The translations under genes were made by a program, and so were the position numbers. The notes beneath the pieces were generated by a model. That model was not told where the DNA came from, did not search any database, and saw nothing but the letters and a program-made list of their open reading frames with translations. A DNA stretch of 27,188 bases from a virus. The DNA lies in IMG/VR virus record IMGVR_UViG_3300001480_000091; one strand, written 5' to 3'. Each line of letters begins with the position of its first letter. Positions within the stretch are counted from its first letter, which is position 1. Positions 1-5,832 of this stretch are shown here, one piece after another.

Positions 1-117
1 CATTTAACACATTTTTAACTGCTTTAAAGTTAATTGCTTTACTTTTAGTCATTTTACTGCTCCTTTCACAAATTATGGGGGTATTTGCATGAATTTGCAC
101 ATTTTTCAAAGGCCCTT
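1..117. repeat. Left copy of an exact 117-bp direct terminal repeat, identical to 27072-27188
   Basis: Read directly: catttaacacattttt...ttcaaaggccctt occurs at both ends of the window. It contains the first 52 nt of the small-terminase gene (ATG at 50-52 on the minus strand) plus its leader. Confidence 0.97.
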
Positions 118-162
118 GCCTCGGTTTCCCATTGGTATATAATGGAATGCTAAGCAGGGGGG
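53..162 (-). promoter_or_regulatory. HNH-terS intergenic region, candidate cos/packaging-recognition region
   Basis: This is the only spacer between the HNH nuclease and terS. It holds G+C-rich blocks unusual for this genome (ggcccttgcctcggtttccc at 111-130, gcaggggggc at ~144-153). ATTTGCA is repeated 10 bp apart (83-89, 93-99). The function is inferred from the HK97-like HNH/cos/terS arrangement. Confidence 0.35.
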
Positions 163-504
163 CTAATTTTTTTTGATTAGCTCCCCATTTTCATTAAACA
201 TTAATCCAGATCTAGTAACTTGATCTTTATGGTGTTCTTCTTCATGACAATCTTTGCAAATACCTTCTAAGTTACCTTCATCTAATGCTATTGAATCATC
301 ATAAACATTTATATTATCTAAATATATTTTATGATGGACTATTCCTGTTCTTCTTTTTTCTTTTGGAATCCATTTACTAATACCATCAACATATACAGGC
401 TTACCACATCTATTACATAATAGGTTTTGTTTCAACCAAACATTCTTTTTTACTTGTTTCCATGCTTTAGAATTATAAAAATCTTTTCTAACTCCATAAC
501 TCAT
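163..504 (-). CDS. HNH endonuclease, packaging-associated type, adjacent to the terminase
   Basis: 113 aa with CNRCG...HHKIY...N...CKDCH (zinc-ribbon CxxC pairs flanking His-Asn-His). It lies directly upstream of terS, as in HNH-dependent cos phages. Confidence 0.9.
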   Translation of the reverse strand: MSYGVRKDFYNSKAWKQVKKNVWLKQNLLCNRCGKPVYVDGISKWIPKEKRRTGIVHHKIYLDNINVYDDSIALDEGNLEGICKDCHEEEHHKDQVTRSGLMFNENGELIKKN

Positions 505-506
505 AA

Positions 507-752
507 TTATTTCTTTTTAATTATTTTTTTTATTTTAGTTTCTACTATTTTAGCAGTTTCTTTTTTTTCTTCCTTATCTTCTACTTTAGCAGTTTCTACT
601 TTCTTTTCTTCAGTTCCTATGATTTCTCCTACTCCAGCTTCTGTTAATTGTCTAGCTCTTTCTTCTGATACATTTTCTAATACATCTTTACCAGCAACCA
701 TATTTTGCTTTTTCTCTGTATCAAAATAATTTTTAATAACTTTTACTTTCAT
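507..752 (-). CDS. Small conserved-looking phage protein with an E/K-rich repetitive tail, function unknown
   Basis: 81 aa ORF with SD AGGAGGA 7 nt upstream. The N-terminus is MKVKVIKNYFD...SEERARQL. The C-terminus has repeated ETAK(V/I) units, mirrored by a DNA repeat TTTAGCAGTTTCT near 547 and 586. Confidence 0.7.
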   Translation of the reverse strand: MKVKVIKNYFDTEKKQNMVAGKDVLENVSEERARQLTEAGVGEIIGTEEKKVETAKVEDKEEKKETAKIVETKIKKIIKKK

Positions 753-761
753 AATATCCTC

Positions 762-980
762 CTATCCAAATAATCTTCTTACATCTTCTTCAGTTCCTAT
801 TTGTTCATTTTCTTCTACTGAACTAATTAGAATATTCATTAAAGATACAAAAGACATATCTTTCATTTCTTCAATAGATATTCCTAATCTCTTTGCTAAT
901 GCTATAACTTCATATTCATCTACAGGCTCATTGCTTTTGTTATTGTGGGGAAGTTTCTTATATTCCCCTTGAAATGGGTG
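762..980 (-). CDS. Open frame without its own start, a putative frameshift extension (gpT-like part) of the 958-1296 product
   Basis: 72 sense codons (HPFQGEYKKLPHNN...ISIEEMKDMSFVSLMNIL...RRLFG*) in a genome where random frames close quickly. There is no ATG/GTG/TTG before codon 39. It overlaps the end of ORF 958-1296 in the +1 frame, and its stop sits inside the next gene's RBS. Confidence 0.4.
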   Translation of the reverse strand, partial: HPFQGEYKKLPHNNKSNEPVDEYEVIALAKRLGISIEEMKDMSFVSLMNILISSVEENEQIGTEEDVRRLFG

Positions 981-1296
981 CTACTGCTAATGATATTACT
1001 TCATTTATCCAATTAGTATTATCAAATAGTCCATCAATACCTTTTAAGAAATCTTCAAATGTAGTAACTTGACTTGGATCTGCTTCTTCTATCATTACAT
1101 AAGATATTCTTAATACTATATCAGTTAAGTCATCAATAGATGTTATCATTTCAGATTCTTCTTTATCTTGTAATTGAGTTAGATCTTGTAAGTCTTTTAG
1201 CAGCTTCCTTCCTGTGTCATTCTTATACTTGAATTGAGTATAAGCACTAGACTTCATTTCATATTCTTTGTTTCCTATCTTGATTATCCTTTTCAT
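958..1296 (-). CDS. Acidic 112-aa protein, tail-assembly-chaperone (gpG)-like by size, composition and two-frame architecture
   Basis: The start is taken at MKRIIKIGNKEYEMK (ATG 1294-1296), preceded by AAAGGAGGAAAA. The longer ORF-track start at 1431 runs through a non-coding structured region. The TAC call is an inference, not a homology result. Confidence 0.55.
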   Translation of the reverse strand: MKRIIKIGNKEYEMKSSAYTQFKYKNDTGRKLLKDLQDLTQLQDKEESEMITSIDDLTDIVLRISYVMIEEADPSQVTTFEDFLKGIDGLFDNTNWINEVISLAVAPISRGI

Positions 1297-1625
1297 TTTT
1301 CCTCCTTTGACATTTTTGTGTCTTATCAACCCACATAGCATAATGCCGAGAAAAAGACACCCTTTCCCATCCATATAGGCAGTCCTTCCCACTTTATGAA
1401 TACCATTAAGAATAGATAGCAAAAAAATCAATAAAAAAATAAAAGGGAAATTAATATGAAAAAATCTATCTATCCTTAATGCTACTCAAAAAGAGTAGCA
1501 ATCAAAGGCACTTCCTCAAATGATAGGATGCAGCAGGTGTCCTTTTATAGACACCACTAGGAATAGATAGAATTATTTAAATCAGATGCTAATGGTCAAA
1601 ATAATTTATCTGTTCCTAATGCTAT
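1297..1625 (-). promoter_or_regulatory. ~330-nt non-coding, structured, repeat-rich element (candidate late-operon control region or cis-acting RNA)
   Basis: This is the largest ORF-free stretch in the genome and is visibly richer in G+C. It has four TARGRAYAGATAR boxes at 1407-1419(+), 1466-1478(-), 1558-1570(+) and 1606-1618(-). Hairpins lie at 1536-1555, 1481-1499 and 1318-1360. Confidence 0.5.
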
Positions 1626-2018
1626 CTATAAACATCTTCTTTTATATTTGTATTGTATTAGAGGTTTACCTTTTGAGTTTTTATCCCATTTATGAACTTT
1701 CTCAAATTCAGTTAATAAGTATTCTATTATTTCTCTTTGTTCTCTTGTAGGTTCATATTCTTGTTGATTTACATACTTAAATATCCTATTTATAGCATTA
1801 TATGTTTCTATGTCTTTATACTCAATAAGATGTAGATATTGATGTGCTACAGGCATTAATATTGCTCCATTTGGTATTATAGGTTTTCCACCATCTTCTC
1901 TTTTTACTATGTGATGAAAAGTCAAATCTTTTCTAACAAGTCGATAGTTCATCCAATCCATATTTGATAATGGTTGATAAATTTTTAACATCTCTCTTGT
2001 TATTTGCTTCATATCCAC
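1626..2018 (-). CDS. Second HNH-family nuclease-like protein (cysteine-free type)
   Basis: 130 aa with LTFHHIVKREDGG...NGAILMPVAHQYLHLIE, a His-His...Asn...His...His pattern typical of small phage HNH proteins. Confidence 0.7.
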   Translation of the reverse strand: MDMKQITREMLKIYQPLSNMDWMNYRLVRKDLTFHHIVKREDGGKPIIPNGAILMPVAHQYLHLIEYKDIETYNAINRIFKYVNQQEYEPTREQREIIEYLLTEFEKVHKWDKNSKGKPLIQYKYKRRCL

Positions 2019-2023
2019 CCACC

Positions 2024-2047
2024 AAAAAAAGCAGTATCTCTACTGCT
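2024..2047 (-). terminator. Intrinsic terminator after the late-regulator gene
   Basis: The minus strand reads AGCAGUA-GAGA-UACUGCU followed by U7 (stem 2030-2036/2041-2047, A-run 2024-2030 on the plus strand). Confidence 0.7.
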
Positions 2048-2103
2048 CTACAATTATCTACAATACCATATTAGCATATATAATATGGGAAATGTGGGAA
2101 TTA

Positions 2104-2475
2104 TTACTTTCTTAAGTAACTTCTTAATTTCTTTGGTATAGTTGTTCTATCATAATTCATCTTTTCAGCTACCTTCTCCCAACTTAATAAATCTAGAAAT
2201 CTATATCTCATTATTTGTCTTATTTCACTATCTTCTACTGATTCAATATAACTTTCTATTTTCAGATATTCTTCTAATGCTGATACTCTTGCACTTATCC
2301 ATTTCTCTATTATAACTACTCTTTTTTCTTGGATAGATTCAGTTGATGTTATTCCTGATATTTCTTTATCTAGTTTAGTTGCAGATACACCATATCCAAA
2401 TTCAGCAAGTCTTTCTTCTAGGTCTTTTATTTCTTTTCTTAACCAATAATATTTACTTAATTCTTTTTCAGTCAT
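2104..2475 (-). CDS. Late-gene transcriptional regulator, sigma-70 region-4 / DUF1492-like (RinA/ArpU/Ltr-type position)
   Basis: 123 aa. The N-terminus has YYWLRKEIKDLEERL. The C-terminal HTH reads IRQIMRYRFLDLLSWEKVAEKMNYDRTTIPKKLRSYL. It sits at the end of the early region, upstream of HNH/terS. Confidence 0.65.
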   Translation of the reverse strand: MTEKELSKYYWLRKEIKDLEERLAEFGYGVSATKLDKEISGITSTESIQEKRVVIIEKWISARVSALEEYLKIESYIESVEDSEIRQIMRYRFLDLLSWEKVAEKMNYDRTTIPKKLRSYLRK

Positions 2476-2491
2476 TTTTCTATCCCCTTTT

Positions 2492-2560
2492 TTATTTGCT
2501 TTCTTTTACTATTATTACTAATGTTACACATATTATAAAAGTAATTGCTATTGCTACCAT
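2492..2560 (-). CDS. 22-aa hydrophobic peptide (MVAIAITFIICVTLVIIVKESK)
   Basis: ATG preceded by AAGGAG at 8 nt. It fills a gap between genes and is below the ORF-track size cut-off. Confidence 0.4.
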   Translation of the reverse strand: MVAIAITFIICVTLVIIVKESK

Positions 2561-2564
2561 TTTA

Positions 2565-2642
2565 TCATCTCCTTTTAAATATTGTTATTATTAATCCTGC
2601 TACACTGACTATTAATAATATTGTTCCTGATATTACAAACAT
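2565..2642 (-). CDS. 25-aa hydrophobic peptide (MFVISGTILLIVSVAGLIITIFKRR)
   Basis: An ATG ORF between two genes with no clear SD. It is possibly translationally coupled. Confidence 0.25.
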   Translation of the reverse strand: MFVISGTILLIVSVAGLIITIFKRR

Positions 2643-2650
2643 AAGACTTA

Positions 2651-2875
2651 TCAAATCCATTTATCAACTTTCACCAACTTTTTAGGCATTGGTTTTTGAA
2701 ATTCTCTATACATAACACAACTTCCGTTGTTTACTATCATAGCTTCTTGATATATATTCCTATCTAATGTATCTAATGCAGTAAAGCAATAATCTTCATT
2801 ATCGAAGTTGAATATATGTTCATAAGGACTTCCTACACCATTTACTGCTCTTTTTCTTCCCCATAGTTCAAACAT
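2651..2875 (-). CDS. Hypothetical protein (74 aa)
   Basis: ORF with SD GGGAGGA upstream of the ATG. Confidence 0.7.
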   Translation of the reverse strand: MFELWGRKRAVNGVGSPYEHIFNFDNEDYCFTALDTLDRNIYQEAMIVNNGSCVMYREFQKPMPKKLVKVDKWI

Positions 2876-3009
2876 TTCTCATCCTCCCAAAATTGTTTGT
2901 CACATTCCTGCATATTGTCTATCACTCTTAAATCAGTCAATATTCTTCCTATTAATATTGTTTCAACTATTACCCCTATTATTATTAGAATTATTATTCC
3001 TAATATCAT
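2842..3009 (-). CDS. 55-aa protein with an N-terminal transmembrane helix (MILGIIILIIIGVIVETILIG...)
   Basis: ATG preceded by AAAGGAGAAAACAA. It overlaps the 3' end of ORF 2963-3154 and the 5' end of ORF 2651-2875 in other frames. Confidence 0.45.
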   Translation of the reverse strand: MILGIIILIIIGVIVETILIGRILTDLRVIDNMQECDKQFWEDEKCLNYGEEKEQ

Positions 3010-3154
3010 TTGTTTTCTCCTTTATTCTTTTTAATCTTACTTCTTCTGTTCTACCATTAAACTGATTCAATATATCTTTCATTTCTTTTAGATCTCCTAT
3101 GTCATATTTCTTGTAGTCTAATTCATAATATAATCTTATTAATAATTCATACAT
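2963..3154 (-). CDS. Hypothetical protein (63 aa)
   Basis: TAATG overlap with the upstream gene. The Asn-rich C-terminal tail is probably a read-through of the TM-coding frame of 2842-3009. Confidence 0.55.
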   Translation of the reverse strand: MYELLIRLYYELDYKKYDIGDLKEMKDILNQFNGRTEEVRLKRIKEKTNDIRNNNSNNNRGNS

Positions 3155-3543
3155 TATACTTTATACTTCATACTTTCAAATTGTTCTTTTGTCACTATAC
3201 CTCTTAAATTTTCTATTGGGAAAAATTCTATTTCAAAATCCCCAGTAAAAACTCCTATTTCTTTTTTATCATCATTAATTGCTACAACTTCAAATACGTT
3301 TGTATCTTCTTTATCAATATCATTTTCCATAAATAATCTAACTAAATCCCCTAATTCTATTAAATCTATTATGTTTGGACTTGATTTGATAATATAATCA
3401 TCAACTGTTGCTTCATTATTATCTAAATCATATACACAATATTTTTTCATACTTTCTTTATCAGGTTCAATAATTTCTATAACTTTACCTATTTTTATTT
3501 CTCTACTTAATGTTTTAAAACGAACATAATCTCCTACTTTCAT
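3154..3543 (-). CDS. Hypothetical protein (129 aa)
   Basis: ORF with SD AAAGGAGAA. It has two GD(Y/L)VR-type beta-rich segments. Confidence 0.8.
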   Translation of the reverse strand: MKVGDYVRFKTLSREIKIGKVIEIIEPDKESMKKYCVYDLDNNEATVDDYIIKSSPNIIDLIELGDLVRLFMENDIDKEDTNVFEVVAINDDKKEIGVFTGDFEIEFFPIENLRGIVTKEQFESMKYKV

Positions 3544-3546
3544 TTT

Positions 3547-3786
3547 TTATTCTCCTTTAATATATTTAAACTCATCTAATGAAGCATTATGTAATTCTTC
3601 CAACTTTACTAGCATCCATTGACTTGTGTTGAAGTTTTTACATAATTTATCATATAAATTCTTTGCATAATCATAGTCAAAGCAATGAAACTTACTAGAA
3701 TTTGTATCAGTCCATCCTATATCTTTAAAATATGGCTTCCAATAACGATTATTGAATTTTAATAAAATTATATACTTATCTTTCAT
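3547..3786 (-). CDS. Hypothetical protein (79 aa)
   Basis: ORF with SD GGAGAA upstream. Confidence 0.8.
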   Translation of the reverse strand: MKDKYIILLKFNNRYWKPYFKDIGWTDTNSSKFHCFDYDYAKNLYDKLCKNFNTSQWMLVKLEELHNASLDEFKYIKGE

Positions 3787-3793
3787 AATCTAT

Positions 3794-3961
3794 TTATTCT
3801 CCTTCTATATGTTGGCTTCTATATTGTTCTAACCAAAATACTAATTCTTCTATTTTAGTTATTATATTTATTTTTTCTATACTGTTTTTAGTATCGTTGT
3901 ATAAATAATCATCTATTTTACTTAAATATTCTTCTAATTCATCTATAAACTCATTAGTCAT
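3794..3961 (-). CDS. Hypothetical acidic protein (55 aa, MTNEFIDELEEYLSKIDDYL...)
   Basis: ATGA stop/start overlap with ORF 3958-4254. It fills an otherwise empty 170-nt gap and is below the track cut-off. Confidence 0.55.
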   Translation of the reverse strand: MTNEFIDELEEYLSKIDDYLYNDTKNSIEKINIITKIEELVFWLEQYRSQHIEGE

Positions 3962-4254
3962 TGTTTATTCTCCTTGTCTAATATTTCTAATAAGTGTTCT
4001 CTACTTACTAATGGATAATTATAAAAATAATCTTCGTTTTCGTTTATATATTCTCTTACTTCTTTTATGATATTATTTAGTCTTTCTATTTCTCTATTTG
4101 CTCTTACAATATATTTTTGACTTTCTACTCTATCTCCTGCAATTTCTCCTGCTATAAATCTTAAATCATTTATTTTGTTATCTAAATCTTTATAATATGT
4201 TTCTATATCTTCATAATCTTTAATTTCTTTAAAATCAGTTTCTATTCTATTCAC
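3958..4254 (-). CDS. Hypothetical coiled-coil-like protein (98 aa)
   Basis: ORF overlapping its neighbours by 4 nt at both ends. Confidence 0.8.
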   Translation of the reverse strand: MNRIETDFKEIKDYEDIETYYKDLDNKINDLRFIAGEIAGDRVESQKYIVRANREIERLNNIIKEVREYINENEDYFYNYPLVSREHLLEILDKENKQ

Positions 4255-4520
4255 TCTTTTTCACTTCCTTTTAGTTCTTTTATATAATTTTTAATATTAA
4301 ATGGTGTATAGCCTTCTACTAAATTTTCATCATAATCATAATCAGGTGTATATTCATATAATTCTAATTTTTCCAATTCATTTATTATATTATTTAGTCT
4401 ATCTCTTTCATTTGCTATTTTCATAATTGCATAAAATAGGTTTCTTGCAGGTTCTTCTAGTTGCTCTACTCTATTCTTTTCAAATGTTCTTAATGTTTCT
4501 ATTAGTTCTTCTTCACTCAT
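4251..4520 (-). CDS. Hypothetical coiled-coil-like protein (89 aa)
   Basis: ORF with a 4-nt overlap with its neighbours. Confidence 0.8.
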   Translation of the reverse strand: MSEEELIETLRTFEKNRVEQLEEPARNLFYAIMKIANERDRLNNIINELEKLELYEYTPDYDYDENLVEGYTPFNIKNYIKELKGSEKE

Positions 4521-4696
4521 CCATTATTACCTCTCATCTTATTTTCACATAATTCATAATTCCCTATTGTTTGTAAACATTCATCCATTGTCATTGGTTT
4601 CTTTTCAGTTTTTGGTGGATATGTAAACAATGCTACAAATCCAAACATACATAATATACAACCTAGTAACCCTATTGCCATTGCTTTCTCTACCAT
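4517..4696 (-). CDS. Small membrane protein (59 aa from MVEKAMAIGLLGCILCMFGFVALF...)
   Basis: The internal ATG at 4694-4696 has a strong SD (AAGGAGATTAAA). The ORF-track start at 4717 has none. There is one clear TM helix. Confidence 0.7.
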   Translation of the reverse strand: MVEKAMAIGLLGCILCMFGFVALFTYPPKTEKKPMTMDECLQTIGNYELCENKMRGNNG

Positions 4697-4759
4697 TTTA
4701 ATCTCCTTATTTTCCATTTATAATAAATTATTAGAAGAATATTATGTTTTCTTTTAGCT

Positions 4760-5008
4760 CTATATAGTTTCCTTTTCCAAATCAATTCCTGCATCTATAT
4801 TAGCTCTTAAGATTCTTACCTTTCTTTCATGATCTATATACCCTTTGTTATGTTTTAGTTTATATTGGAGTTGTCTTATTCTTAATTGATTATAAAAAGT
4901 ATCATCCCAATCTTCATCTGGTCTTTTTTTTTGCACTTTTAAAACATAATCTAAATAATTACATATATCTCTTATATCATTTGTATCTAGTATTACAGTA
5001 GCACTCAT
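4760..5008 (-). CDS. Hypothetical protein (82 aa)
   Basis: ORF with SD AAAAGGAGAA. Confidence 0.75.
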   Translation of the reverse strand: MSATVILDTNDIRDICNYLDYVLKVQKKRPDEDWDDTFYNQLRIRQLQYKLKHNKGYIDHERKVRILRANIDAGIDLEKETI

Positions 5009-5070
5009 AATATTCTCCTTTTAGATAAATTGATATTATTTTTATCCAACCAAATCCACTTTTGAATTTT

Positions 5071-5116
5071 ACATAATGACATAATTCTCTCAAATTCATT
5101 TTCTTATGTCTTATGT
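5071..5116. repeat. Imperfect inverted repeat ACATAATGACATAA / TTATGTCTTATGT with a 19-bp spacer
   Basis: Read in the 206-nt non-coding gap directly downstream of the recombinase gene. The arms are 5071-5084 and 5104-5116, with one bulged base. Confidence 0.4.
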
Positions 5117-5214
5117 GTAGTTTTTCCTTATATTTCATAATTGTTTTCAATAAATTCCTATTACTTAAATTTTTTTGTGAATATTCTTATTTTCATTTTT
5201 CTAAATTAATTATT

Positions 5215-5832
5215 CTAAATATAAAAATCCTGTCTTGCTTTTTGTTGATCTTCATCATCCCAACATATATAAATCATTGTTACTTGTGGACTAGAATGAT
5301 TTAACATTTTTTGTAGAGTTATAATATCTTTTGTTTGTTCATAAAAAGTTCTTGCAAAACATTTTCTAAGTGAATGACATCCCACTAAATATTTAATCCC
5401 TAACTCTTTTGTATATTTTTTTATTCTATTCCATGCTTGTTGTGATGTTATTGGAATATTATGCCCTTTTCTTGATGGGAATAAATATTCTCCTTCATAT
5501 AAGTTATTTCTATTGATGTAATCCATAACATCTTTAAATAATTTTGGATTCAATTCCCAATATTGTTCTTTTCTAGTTTTATTTTCTCTTATATACATAA
5601 TCCCTTTTAGAAGATTTTCATTAACTTGCAATTTAAGCAGATCATTAATTCTAAAAGCTGTATTTAATCCTAGCTTTACCAGAATATAATCTCTATCATA
5701 CATTTTCTTTTTAAGTTCATTAGATTCATTATCTCTTTTCTTTTGAAGCATTATCATCAAATTAGAAGCATCTTCTTTTTTTAATGGTCTAACTGTGCTT
5801 CTACCATATTTGATTGGAAAGTATCTAGACAT
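5215..5832 (-). CDS. Tyrosine recombinase (phage-integrase family), catalytic domain only
   Basis: 205 aa with the catalytic signature in order: TAFRINDL (Arg), ENKTRKE (Lys), CHSLRKCFA (His-x-x-Arg), LNHSS (His), TMIYI (Tyr). There is no room for an N-terminal arm or core-binding domain. Confidence 0.85.
   Translation of the reverse strand: MSRYFPIKYGRSTVRPLKKEDASNLMIMLQKKRDNESNELKKKMYDRDYILVKLGLNTAFRINDLLKLQVNENLLKGIMYIRENKTRKEQYWELNPKLFKDVMDYINRNNLYEGEYLFPSRKGHNIPITSQQAWNRIKKYTKELGIKYLVGCHSLRKCFARTFYEQTKDIITLQKMLNHSSPQVTMIYICWDDEDQQKARQDFYI

Noticed and set aside
1297-1431. N-terminal 45-codon extension of ORF 958-1431 (MIFLLSILNGIHKVGRTAYMDGKG...)
   Set aside because: It has no SD and runs through the hairpins and boxes of the non-coding element. 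The internal ATG at 1294-1296 has a perfect AAAGGAGG RBS. For the same reason I trimmed the track starts at 27180 (terS), 20687 (major tail), 21026, 23932, 4717 and 11922.
1297-1625. Possible tRNA or tmRNA in the G+C-richer non-coding stretch
   Set aside because: No cloverleaf could be drawn. There is no GTTCRANYC T-loop and no acceptor stem with a 3' discriminator/CCA context on either strand.
1297-2018. HNH gene plus adjacent structured RNA read as an IscB/HEARO (omega-RNA)-type or group I intron/homing unit
   Set aside because: The HNH protein is only 130 aa, with no RuvC or bridge-helix segments. No split host gene or exon continuity flanks the element. I could not recognise group I core helices (P3-P7, G-binding site). 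The idea survives only as a generic 'nuclease next to structured RNA' note in the findings.
2067-2089. Perfect 8-bp palindrome CCATATTA-N7-TAATATGG between the late-regulator stop and its terminator
   Set aside because: It is almost pure A/T and short, so such dyads are expected by chance in this composition. It is worth noting only if footprinting of the regulator is done.
5215-5832. Reading the recombinase as proof that this is a temperate, integrating prophage
   Set aside because: There is no repressor, excisionase, att-like flanking repeat or host DNA in the window. The exact terminal repeat closes the phage genome on itself, and the protein lacks the DNA-binding domains of classical integrases.
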